A stretch of 64,000 bases of DNA from Lingula anatina (lineage: Eukaryota; Animalia; Brachiopoda): assembly GCA_051362555.1 (NCBI GenBank), contig CM120642.1, positions 31,930,001 through 31,994,000 of the forward strand, in the 5' to 3' direction. The notes under the pieces are model-generated. The model saw only the letters and a list, made by a program, of their open reading frames with translations. It had not been told where the DNA came from and did not search any database. This document shows, one piece after another, positions 26,675 to 37,914 of the stretch (position 1 is the first letter of the stretch; the number at the start of each line of letters is the position of its first letter). Made by a program: the position numbers and the translations under genes.

Positions 26675-27224
26675 TGCATATTGCTTAAATTGAAATATTT
26701 CTCATTTAGTTGTGTTTATTGGCATTATTGAAACTTTTCGACAGCGAAAAATACTGAAATGCAAATATCTTAACTTTTTGACACTCTGTTTATTTATTTA
26801 TTCATTTTTTTCAGATCATTCATTTTCCTTGGTCACCACTAAAGGGTCAACTGCAAGGCAATGTGAGTATGTTACTCTTGTGTTTAGCACTACCTTATAA
26901 TCCAAAAATCTAAAAGGCTCAAATATAAATAGTTAAATTAATACACATGACGCAATGAAATTGCAGTTAACTGGGAATCAGCTTTATTTGCATTAAATGC
27001 GACTTAATTTTAAAGTTTATAATCATTTCTTTGGTCTTCTAATTTATCTAAATAAAAAAGAGATTTTGTGAAAAGGCAGTGAATGCTAGCAACCTAACTA
27101 CGGTCAAATCGTGTCACAAGTACTCTCGCCCTTTATGTGCAAATCTATATTTAATTTCTTCAAACACGATTTATTGTGCTCTTTGTATTTTCTAAAGACG
27201 CTGCTTGTATGCTTGTATGCTTGC

Positions 27225-27274
<50 letters not shown>

Positions 27275-28176
27275 TTCTTTCTTTTCCATTCTTTCTTTCC
27301 TACCACCTCACGTTTTTTTATTTCTCATAATGTTAACTACAGTTACCTTCCTGACATACTGAGAGACTTTTTCTAATTGCTTTCACACAGGAATATGAAT
27401 AGAACTAAGAGGAAAGTACGATAGACGTCTGTTTCAAACAGACCAAACGGAGAAAAGCATAGAACTGTGAAAGGCAAGGTTGCTATACCCCTATGAACTT
27501 TTGCCTTTAACAGTTCCAATTATTAAGAAAAAGGAGAGATTTCTGTTTGATAATAACCGAGTCGTCCATTTATGAAGACTGAGATAAGTCAAAACGAGAG
27601 AAATGGCAGCTAGATAAAATAGAAACAAAGCTTTTATTTCACTTCATCTCCGACTGTTTTTCATGAAACGTGACAAATAAATCAAAGGAGAGTCTTCTAT
27701 GTGTACCGCACAAGATGAAAAGAAAGAAAAATAAACAGAAAGATAAACAGGTATATACGTACACACATCCAGTCAGACAAACAACAATACAGAGAAGGCG
27801 GCAAAGGCGAATGGGTTGTGTTAATCTGGAGTACAGCTGCACGGTGAGTTAGTTACGTAGTAAGTGTTCCAATTAATATGGCAAAAATAACATTCAACTG
27901 ACCACCGCTTATTCTAACGCGTGAACGCCATGATAGCAACAGTTGAATAAATGAACGCTAGAATGCACGGAAAAATAAACATCACAACAGTCACAAGTGT
28001 AATAGCGAAATGGTGAGTTTTAACCATTCTTGGCAGGTGATGCGGGGTCCGAAATGGACGCTATGGCGTGGCTACTGTTATTAAATCATTGTAATTGATG
28101 TAAAACATGGCACATTATTCCATTATTTCTTCCAGTTGCTGAGTAACCGCCTGTAAACAAGGCAGGACCCGTGGAT

Positions 28177-28778
28177 ATGAATATCTATACAGGCCCGCAG
28201 AAACAGGTTTATTTCCCAGGCAGACGACCCAAGTCGCTGTCGTCTGCGCGAAAACATCAAAGCGCCGCCTTGGAACGCTGGGTGGGTTCTGTGGCGAAAG
28301 TGAACGGGATAAATGAGACAAAAAAATTGGAGATTCTTAATGCTCAAAATCTAAAAATGACGGGAGGGATCTTACGACCGCGAGCGGATTCGATAGCTAA
28401 AAGATCTCAGCTGAAAAGCTTCTCACAACTGGCACAAAAAGTTACGGACACGAAAAATTTACTATCTCGGGTGTCTTTGGACCCCAGGAACCAAGATGCT
28501 GCGATCTATTTACGAAAGGCCATGCTCAACAGACGCCTGCCATCTTTGAGCCAATCTCTGGGAAGTTCTCCAAGTTCCAATAGTTCCACCCCTCGTTCTC
28601 GGGCCACGCCCGGGTGTACCCCACAACATAGTCAAAACTCCACCCCAGGGAGCAGCCCCTGGGAATGGAGTCCCAGGTGTACCCCCGGGTCCTGCACTTC
28701 GGGGAACGACCCCGGGATAGAACCAGATGAGAAGAAGATGCGTCTCAGACGCGGGCACAGGGAGGACACATACAAGAG
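28177..28778 (+). CDS. Candidate alternative first coding exon V1 of the CNBD2-like gene (basic, S/P-rich, ~200 aa)
   Basis: ATG at 28177 after an in-frame stop. The 600-nt open frame ends at AG|GTAGGC (phase 2), matching the phase-2 exon at 32671. Confidence 0.7.
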
Positions 28779-29310
28779 GTAGGCAATTCCTTAACACCAT
28801 GCTTTAACAATTAACATTAGCTCATAGATCTAAATCACGATTTAGTTATTGCATACTTTAAATTGTTTTGCAATTCATCAAAATGACAAATGCCAAGGGG
28901 AAATTAGCAAAGTTTATTACTGCATCTACAGTCAGTGTGCGCCCTGTAATTCACACAGCAACAGATGTGAAGGAAGCACATGTACCATATGTACAAAACG
29001 TACGACATGCAGGTATTATGTACAATTTTAATTTCACGGTTTTGACCTCTTCTAGGCTTGTACGTTTAAAGTTTTATATCCCCCCACCCCCCCACCCCCC
29101 ATAAATCATTCCTTTTACACAATGAGTAGGTGAATATTAAAGTTATGATTCATGCAAAAATGGAGGAAGATATCAAATTTTGTGTGTAAATATGAAAAGG
29201 ATTAAACACTACTTCCGTGATGTTTCCGTGCGTCCTTCTCTTCCATCAGATTCTGCCTGACACTTTCATGCAAGAGGCACGTACGCACAAAATGGGAGTA
29301 GTTAATAAAT

Positions 29311-29519
29311 GAGGGTAGCCCCCCCCCCCCCCCCCCCCCCCTCCTTAATCACCAATCACCAAGATTAAAGCAGAACAATCACCAATCACCAAGATATATT
29401 CAGGTCAATCACCAAGAATTCCTGAATCGCGTTTCACACAGAATTTTGGGCTCAAATAACGCATCATGCTTGAAAAATAAGGCCAATCACGCGGAACGCA
29501 GAAGGTATTCCCTACCCTC
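29311..29519. mobile_element. Small non-autonomous element with 8-bp TIRs and a 6-bp target-site duplication
   Basis: ATAAAT|GAGGGTAG ... CTACCCTC|ATAAAT, with an internal poly-C run and repeated (c)aatcacc(aag) units. Confidence 0.65.
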
Positions 29520-30602
29520 ATAAATGAACACTGAACACTTCGTTGACGGTCCTCTTGTATTAGCTTACTGTGATGACACAGCTTCCTGCTGTTGTTACCT
29601 GTCGCCAAGCACCTGTTCGTCCCTGCTGTGACTCTTTTTAAATCCTGACGACGTTATAATGTAAACAGATACTGATTAATGTCTATTCGATATGATATCG
29701 TTGACAATACTAATTGGTTGATATATGACATAGTGACTTGGTGAATTATGTGGCTTTACGTTAGATGCGTGTCTGCGGATATATCCATGTATCAAATAAC
29801 TTTCTCAGATATACGTAACATGAGAGACACCTTCGATAAAAATACTGAGGTCATCAAATATCAGAACCAAATACCAGTTCTCTGGCTTAAGTGGAGCGAT
29901 TAAGAGCTTTCACGCCTACCCGCAGTAAAGTTGGAGACTTTCATTAAACTATACAAATGCAGTTATAGGAATATGACAGGAAATTCTCGATGACAAGGAC
30001 TTTGTGTTGTTTGGGAGGCGGACGTAATACGTGTTGGTTGCGATATTTGATATGCAAGGAAATCTAATAAAAGCTCAACGTGTAGACCAGAGGCTTATAA
30101 TTAACTTTGTGATGTAGTGTGTACTGATTGCCCGCAAAAACAAAGAAATAAGAATTAACGCAATTTAAACTTTGCTGAATTTTTTTCTGTTATTTATAAT
30201 CCCATGGATTTAAAAACAAGAAAGGCGGGAAGATGTCGAAAGTCCATAGACTAAGTTTTCGCAAAAAAAAACTTGTCAAAATGACACTACAAAGATTGCG
30301 TAATAGTTTGCAGATACAGTAGTTAATTGGTACAGACGTCGTGCACCAGTTGTATAAATCAGTTGCTCAGGGAAACTGACTCTGTACATTTTCCTATCGT
30401 GAGATCTCAGAGAGTTCCACCAAAGCTGTCAATTTTGAAAACCACATGCCGTTCCTTGCGGGTAACAAAACCGCACTAATTTCGGAGCAAATTGACTAAT
30501 GAGTCGGATCCAACGGTTGGGGTTCACGCCTGATGACCTGCAGTCAGCGGTCAGTGATTTTGGAGCCTGATGCTGGCCGCCAAAAACCGCGTCTGCTTTG
30601 AG

Positions 30603-30616
30603 GTTGCTATGGTTAT
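30603..30616. promoter_or_regulatory. Putative RFX X-box
   Basis: GTTGCTATGGTTAT, one base from a canonical X-box, in a GC-richer patch between V1 and V2. Confidence 0.35.
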
Positions 30617-30789
30617 ACGATATGTAATCAGAGGATGATGATTTCTGATCCGCAACAGTTAGTTTTGTAATACTAAACTGTTACAAAAGGGAGTCAGTGC
30701 TGAAAGAACAAATTAGACTTTTGAAGCAAATTCTATTTGTATTGGTTTGTGCGTTTAAATCTGCTTCGATTGTAGACGGCAATAACTAA

Positions 30790-30994
30790 GGCTGTATTCC
30801 CAGAGCTTTTAGATCGATCTATCCCCGCGGGGAGTCTCACTAGATTACTGTCAGATAATCCGGCTTAAATGTCCGTCCCGCCTGTAAGGGGGTAATTAAC
30901 TTTCGTGTCCGCCCGGCTGACAGCTATTTAGCGTGAACCCCCAGGAAGTTAGATCGATCTAAAGTAGATCGATCTAATCTCTGGAAATGGGGTC
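30790..30994. mobile_element. PIF/Harbinger (Tourist-like) MITE, copy 1
   Basis: TAA|ggctgtattcccagag...tagatcgatcta ... tagatcgatctaatctctggaaatggggtc|TAA. Homologous along its length to 50989-51214. Confidence 0.8.
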
Positions 30995-32087
30995 TAAAAA
31001 GACATGGTCTTAGCTGGGCGAAAATTTGAAAGAAAGAAAGTGAAGGTGGTGCAAATCATGAGACAAATAAGGAAATGAAATCGTTTTGGTTAATTTTGTA
31101 TTTGACAGTACAAGCAAATAACAACAAAAAATAAACCTCTTCTTTCTTTTTTAAAATAGTTCATGGACGTTACCGGATTTATATTTTATCATTTTTAAAC
31201 CATCTTTCTAAATGAACAATACTAGTCTAAGTGAAGCTTAAATTTAATGTACATTTGCGTCCCGGTGAGGCCAAATGCAGGAGGTGAAGATTTAAACAAA
31301 ATTTAAGGACACTTTTTGCTAACACCATATGTTACATTTTGTTTATCTTTCATGATGCATATAGACGCTGAATAGTCGTGCGTCCACCGTTCTGCACGTA
31401 CTTGACCCAGAATTAAGTCAAAGTTTATAAACAATTAAGCTGCTGGAAAGTCAAATTTCAATACAATCATTAGAAGAATATTTTATCTGTGTAGATTTTT
31501 AAAAATTGAAGCACTCGATTTGACCAATCTTAATTCCAGCACATAGAACTTTTTTGCAACGAAAATTTCTTTGCTTGATTGCCACATTGTTACAATCAAC
31601 TATAATTTTTTACATAAATCTCTCACATTTCTGTCAACGTGTGCACGTAATTAAAGTAGCCTTCATGGCCCGGATCCGCGCGCCTGACGCCCTGTCATCC
31701 TCGAGAGCGACACGTTGGTCTGAAGTCTTTACACAGAGGGCGTTACGTGCGGGGAACCACTACCCTCAGTAGTGATAGGGTTGTATCTGCAGATGAGACA
31801 CGTCATATGGAGAATGCAAGATATGTGTTTATCTTTCGGTCTTCCTAAAAACATTGAACGCAGCCTGTGGTGAGACCTCGATCAGGGTCGGTTATATTTC
31901 TTAAAATTCTGATAGTTTCGGTGAAGGCTGAGACACAGATTGAATGACAGCCGGGGAAATCATTCAACCACAGACAAAAGACTTCTGTTGTACACGCACT
32001 GTATGTCTGTAACCAACGCGTTAAAATGGTTAGAGTCAATTACAACATTTTACAAGCCCTCACAGTGAGGACACACCTATCACGCGG

Positions 32088-32305
32088 ATGAAGGAATACG
32101 CAGCGACTCGTTCAGAGATGTGGCTAATTCGAGGATCACAGTGCATTGATTGTCTGTACAAACCCGGCAAGAAAAGCGAGAGGAGACTTAAAGCAATTGA
32201 GGATCGTCTGCTGCGATTACGAATCCGAGACACGAAATTAACTGGCCATGTACAGAAACATCGCACCGCACGGAGGCCATCTTTTTCGGAGAAACAATCC
32301 ATGAT
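32088..32305 (+). CDS. Candidate alternative first coding exon V2 of the CNBD2-like gene (basic, ~72 aa)
   Basis: ATG-initiated ORF ending at AT|GTATGT (phase 2), compatible with exon 32671. Contains RRPS. Confidence 0.5.
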
Positions 32306-32670
32306 GTATGTTAATATTGATGCCTAAAGTAGTCTGTTTTTTGGTGAAGGGTGCGCCACGCATTCCTGCGTAGCTTTTTGTTTCGTGATAATATGCAAAA
32401 TTGAGCTTTTATTTTTGGGTTATTTTAGAACCCCGCTTTTGTTTGCGCTTTTACCGGTTTCGTTTTCTGTTTTAGGTATTTTGGTCACGGTCTTACCCGT
32501 ATAGTTATAAACCCTTGTCGGGGACCTGTCATCAAAAATATTGTGTTTTTCATACAAACACGCAATACACTACTTACTCTGGTGTTGAAATACGCGTTCA
32601 TCCATGTAACATCCTCCAATACCATTCATTTCCAGTTTTTTTATGTGTATATATTTTTCTTTAATTTCAG

Positions 32671-32815
32671 CCGCCGAGTGGCAGGGACGACAGAGAGACA
32701 TAAGGATGGGGCAGCTTCTATTCGCAATAGTCCGACCCATCTTCCTCATCTACTGCTCCCCAAACTGTCACGGCGCAGGCTTTGGAACAAAGCGGAAGTT
32801 GCCTATCACAAACCG
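32671..32815 (+). CDS. Linker exon shared by V1/V2 isoforms of the CNBD2-like gene
   Basis: Strong acceptor ttttctttaatttcag|. Phase 2 in, phase 0 out (CCG|GTAAGT), joining the exon at 37915. Confidence 0.75.
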
Positions 32816-32865
32816 GTAAGTATCCCTGTTTTGGTTGATTTTATCCGCAGAGTAAACCAACTTTA

Positions 32866-32900
<35 letters not shown>

Positions 32901-32948
32901 AGAAATTAATTTACATCAAATTCCAAAACGTTCACCACGTCGCAGAAT

Positions 32949-32996
<48 letters not shown>

Positions 32997-34134
32997 AGTG
33001 CTGACAGGTCATTGCACACCTCCTGTATAAACACCTACAGATCAAAAGGTTATATGGTGAGAGTGGGCGTCAAATCTGACTCTAGGGGATAAAAAATCTG
33101 AAAAAATATCCAAATTTATTTGTATCAAAGATCTCTTTGCCTCATTTGTTCTACAAACAGCGCTCGAAAAGAAAAGAAAGAAAGAAAAAAATGGGGAGGG
33201 TGGTGATACTCTATGCTTTATAATGTTATAATTATTATTTAGATATTTATATTTTAATGTAATCACATTAATTATACTACATGAAGCGTAACGAATCGCC
33301 TTTGGACAAAAAATTAGAAGTATTTAAAGTATTAAAGTTAAAACTTCAAGCCACCCATTTATATACAGAAGTGCATCTGACAAACATTAAGGAACATTTA
33401 CGTACATTAAACAAATTGCGATGTGACGATGTAGAACAAAATGTATACAATATATGGGGCTATAAATCACCAATGGCCTCGGAGAACCAAATACTCCCCG
33501 TACACTTTGTAGCGTGGATTGCAATCAACCATGAACACCAAGTAACGCAGTTCACCAGTTAAGGAAAAATAATGAAATTATGAATTAATCACCCAGAGAT
33601 TTTTAAAGGGGGGGGGGGGGGGTGCTCTGTTCAAAGACTATCATAACTTGTGAAATATTTCCACACTAAAGACTGACAGTCAAGTTGTACTTGTTTATTT
33701 TGTTCATTTTGATATGAAAGATGTTTTGTTGTTACGCCGCATGTCAAAACGGAAAAACAAATCATCTGCTGAAACAAAGTTGATTAGGCAAAGTTCTGCA
33801 AGAGTTCAAGGCGCCTGGTGTCGGCAGTTCAAGAATCTGTAATTTTAGTGTCAGAATTCGAAGGCAGTAATGGAATCAAGAGGGCTATTCCTGAAATGTG
33901 ACGCATGACGTGATGTTATTGCCAAAGTTTGCAAAAGTGCACGAATCTATCGAGATATCCTAAACAAAGTGCTCGCGTACTAAACTTTCAATAAATGTCA
34001 GATGCAATTATAATGTACATGGACAAGACGCGGGCCACTTTTGGTTCAAAGTGGCCCACTCGATGTATTTCCTGATTAACTGTCAGATCTTAAAACAAGG
34101 AAGAAAATAGTGGGGAGGAGGCGAGTTGGTAAAA

Positions 34135-34725
34135 ATGGACGCCCTTCATATATGGCGTGACAGGCGACATCGCGCTGTTTTTCGGGAATCTATGAAGACG
34201 ACACACTCACTGCCTAGGTTAAATGACAGAATGCTAAATAACACACAGACAGGGGTTAAAACCCATTGTCTTGGTACTCCAGTGTGTTGTAGTGGCTGGC
34301 TTAGGTCCCGAGCTCAGGAAGGTCCTACCACTGACTCCACGCCCCGTACGTCGGTTCTTGGACATCGACATGTCGTGTCACCAAAAAGGACGCCGCAAAC
34401 CCTCACTGGTGCAAGAAACCATTTAGGACACCCCTTAGAGCACTCTCGAGCGTCCACACCTGCGTCCAGACTTCAGGATTGGTCAGTGCAACCCTTCAAG
34501 AGAGAAAGTCCATCAAATGGCCGTCCACAAAGACTGCAATCCCATAACTACCCCTGGAACAATGTACATGATGGTTGGAAACCCCATGGTACCGAGCCCC
34601 GGGTGCCGTCTCGCCTGAAAATACACAGAGATACAAACAGGCATTCTCATGTTGCGCTTGAAGAAGACGGGAGACACACCCCTCTCGAAGGTGATCCTGA
34701 CACCAGGTGTGACGAAAGAGTTGAG
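34135..34725 (+). CDS. Candidate alternative first coding exon V3 of the CNBD2-like gene (R/H/P-rich, 197 aa)
   Basis: ATG after an in-frame stop with no pyrimidine acceptor. Open to GAG|GTAGGT (phase 0), matching exon 37915. Confidence 0.65.
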
Positions 34726-35499
34726 GTAGGTTAATTGTGACTTTTATCATTGGCGCCAACGCATTGTCAAAAGTTGTTTGCAGTGCCGTTTGGAACAGGT
34801 CCTGAAAGAATAGAGGTGAAGCAAGGCAAAGAAAGAACTCGCTTACTGGTTTAGTTGGCTGGAATGCATGCTCTGATATGTATTTTTTATCTGCTCATAA
34901 AAGAAATATAACTTCCAGCAGACTTAAAGCGTTAATTTTTTACAGCATCTGCTTTATGCACATGTAGTCATAAGTCGGACGTCAGCCCAGGTTGACGCCA
35001 CCTATATCTGAGAAGACGCGTGATGGTGTTAGGTTGGCGGTCCTCGCACAATGTTTGAAATGACAGAAATTATGCTAATTTGCCCTTGTATTTCATATTA
35101 CGAAAACAATCATGTAAGATGCAGTTTGTCGCTGGAACTACATTCTTCACTGAAAATAAGTTAAAACAGACCCAGATTTTGCATAGAAATAATAAAGTTA
35201 AAAACCACTTGCATTTACCGTAGGCCAACATTCTTCAACTCTGCTTCTCAGCTGCATTAAAAAACTACTTTCAAACATTAAAAAACATCTAATGATACTA
35301 AGTTACTATAAAGCCACTATACATATAGCGTCAGATTTCTGAAGCGTTACATAAAGTGACAGCAAATAAAGCTGCTTAAAATCTGCCAAACAGAACAAGC
35401 ACTCACAGCGCTCTGTCCTGACAGTGTATTGGAAGTGATAGGTAAATTAGGAGCTCAGGAATTCTACACCGTCCTTGCGTCTGTGTGAGCGTGTGCAGT

Positions 35500-35772
35500 G
35501 AGAGAGAGAGAGAGAGAAGGGGGGCAGAAAGAGGGGGGGCAGTAACAGAGAAAGTGGGGAAGAGGGTGGGTCAGATTTCTACACCGTCGCATTAACTGAC
35601 GGAGAGAGAGGACGGAGAGAGAGAATGGGGGCAGAGAGGGAGGGCTGAGAGAGAGGGGGGGAGAGATGGGAGAGAGGCCAGAGAAAGGGGGGTGGCAGAG
35701 TGAGAGGGGGCAGAGAGAAAGAGAGAGAGGGAGGGAGAGAGAGAGAAAGGGAGAGAGATGAGATAGGGAGAA
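35500..35772. repeat. Long GA-rich purine tract (low complexity)
   Basis: gagagagg/ggggcaga units over ~270 bp. Confidence 0.85.
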
Positions 35773-36394
35773 ACACAAACTAAATGCACATTTTACCAAA
35801 TACATCCAAAGATTCAATTATAATGCTGTTCTTGAAAATATCCTCCAAAATGTTTTTAGGAGTTGATTTGTGTGTCAAGCTTAAGTGAAAACCTTTTTTC
35901 TATCGCACCAAAGTCTACATTAAGCCCAGATAAAGATAGGATTTTATGATGGAAATTAGAAATAGCTGTTGGACATGTTTATGAGGTATTTGTAAACAGC
36001 ACAGTGCATAGTGTTTTATTCTTAGATCCCAAGCCATTGTGGACGGCGCATTAGTATTGAAATGCAAGTTTATTAAAATAAATACCAGTAGTTTAAATAA
36101 TTTCTTACGTCATTTATACGTCTTTCTTTTTGGCTTGAAAATAGAATAGTGTCGCACCAGGCCATGAGCTTAAGATAAGGGAACAACCAAGTCAGGATAT
36201 TGGCTAAATTAAAAACAAACCAATTCAATCAATTATACCATTGACATCTGCCAATGTAAGATGTTTTTAGGGATTTAATATGCCTTAGACAGCGCGTTTA
36301 ACGTGACTTCTCATACGATCTGCACATAAAGTGCCAGTTTAAATTTTGCATTTGAACGTCAATTGTTGACGGGGTACAATTGTCACGACTGAAG

Positions 36395-37477
36395 ATGAAT
36401 AATTCAAAGACTTCTGTGAGTAAATTAACGCGAAAACGCAGCAATATCGGAGAAAGTTCATACCTTGACATTTTGAAACGGCTGGTTCTTAAATCGAGCA
36501 CTTTCAACGGCATCGAAGTACAAGAAAATGATATCAACAGGCGAGAAGGTTCAAGAGGCAACGCCTGCGTTTCTGTTAAAGTGACTCTCTGCTCAACTGA
36601 TGAAAATCCCGTAAACCACATCGTTTTTAGCAGACGCAGTAAACGACATCGTTCACCTCTTGCTCGTATTTTAAAAAGCAGGATATCAAATAACAGAATG
36701 GAAAACCAGAAAATCGACACCACACTTAAAAGATCTCCAAGTTATGCATTCTTGGAGGATCTGTACGAGCGCAAGGACCGAGAGCAGGCGCGTGACGGCC
36801 ACGAGCCAGTGATTACGTCACTGCACGCGGATTTTGTAAAAGCCAAGGCCATAACAGTGACGGGATGTCAGACTGACCCTAAGTATAATACATACAGTAA
36901 TATCAGCAAAACAGAGTCGACCTTACAAAAGGACAACATGGCTACAAAAAAGGAGAGACATAAATCCGTAGACTTTTCTTTCCATTCAGTGCAACAACAC
37001 AAATCTGAAAGGACTAGTTGCTTAAAGCATAGCTCTGGGACTCACTCCAGGGAAAAGTTGGCATTCAGTCAAAAGAAAGACTCCACTTACGATCTCTCTC
37101 GTAGAGCAACTAGCAACCTGTCTCTGACGTCACACCGCTCCTCACGCTCTGGAGACAGCCTAGATGGGGATGGGCGGCGTTCACGGTCCTTCAGCTTGGT
37201 AAGCGACTCCAGATCCGAGACCTACATGCCCGGACCACCAGTGACAGGTCCCACAAAACCTGGCGTCCTATATGCAACCCCGAACCTCTACCGAGGACAA
37301 GATAAACTGTCATTCTTAGAGCGATGTGCGCAGAAATATAACTCCAATATTCTGACTGATTCGGACATGAACCACATACGTCATCTCCTAATGAGGCGGG
37401 GATCGAAAAGACGGTCATTAATTCACCATCGCCATCCTAATCAATTAGGAGGAATTGCAATCAAGTGCACGGTGCCT
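36395..37477 (+). CDS. Candidate alternative first coding exon V4 of the CNBD2-like gene (K/R/S-rich, 361 aa)
   Basis: 1.1-kb open frame in AT-rich DNA, ATG after an in-frame TGA. Ends CCT|GTACGT (phase 0), matching exon 37915. Confidence 0.78.
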
Positions 37478-37593
37478 GTACGTTGATCTATGTATTGACT
37501 TGGTTACGGCATCATGAGGGTGAAAATGATGCTTGTGTTAATTTTTTATTAGTAAATTGATTAATCGATTAATTAATTAGTTTATTTGATATT

Positions 37594-37624
<31 letters not shown>

Positions 37625-37914
37625 TTCGCTTGTTTTCTCTCTGTATTCAAGTGCCTGTTTTTTATAAAGTCAGATCATTTTATTCTTGTCCATCGCATTA
37701 CATTTTACTTGTTTATCAGTTCACTTTATTTCATTCGATTAATTCCCGTTATTATATCCAGTTGTCTACTTTATTTTTTATTTTAACTTGATGTAAAATT
37801 TATCTTCCATGTGTTCCGCCTCATTAATCATTATACGTTAATTTTATTCCTATTTTGGAATATTATTTTTCACGCAATTTATGTGATGAGTTCACTGTCT
37901 TTGTTTTCTTGCAG

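Noticed and set aside
31666-31850. Possible fifth variable exon of the CNBD2-like gene
   Set aside because: Short frames closed by stops with no convincing donor; may be the 5' UTR of V2.
35464-35817. Leu/Ser/Pro-rich minus-strand ORFs
   Set aside because: Products of the GA-rich low-complexity tract.
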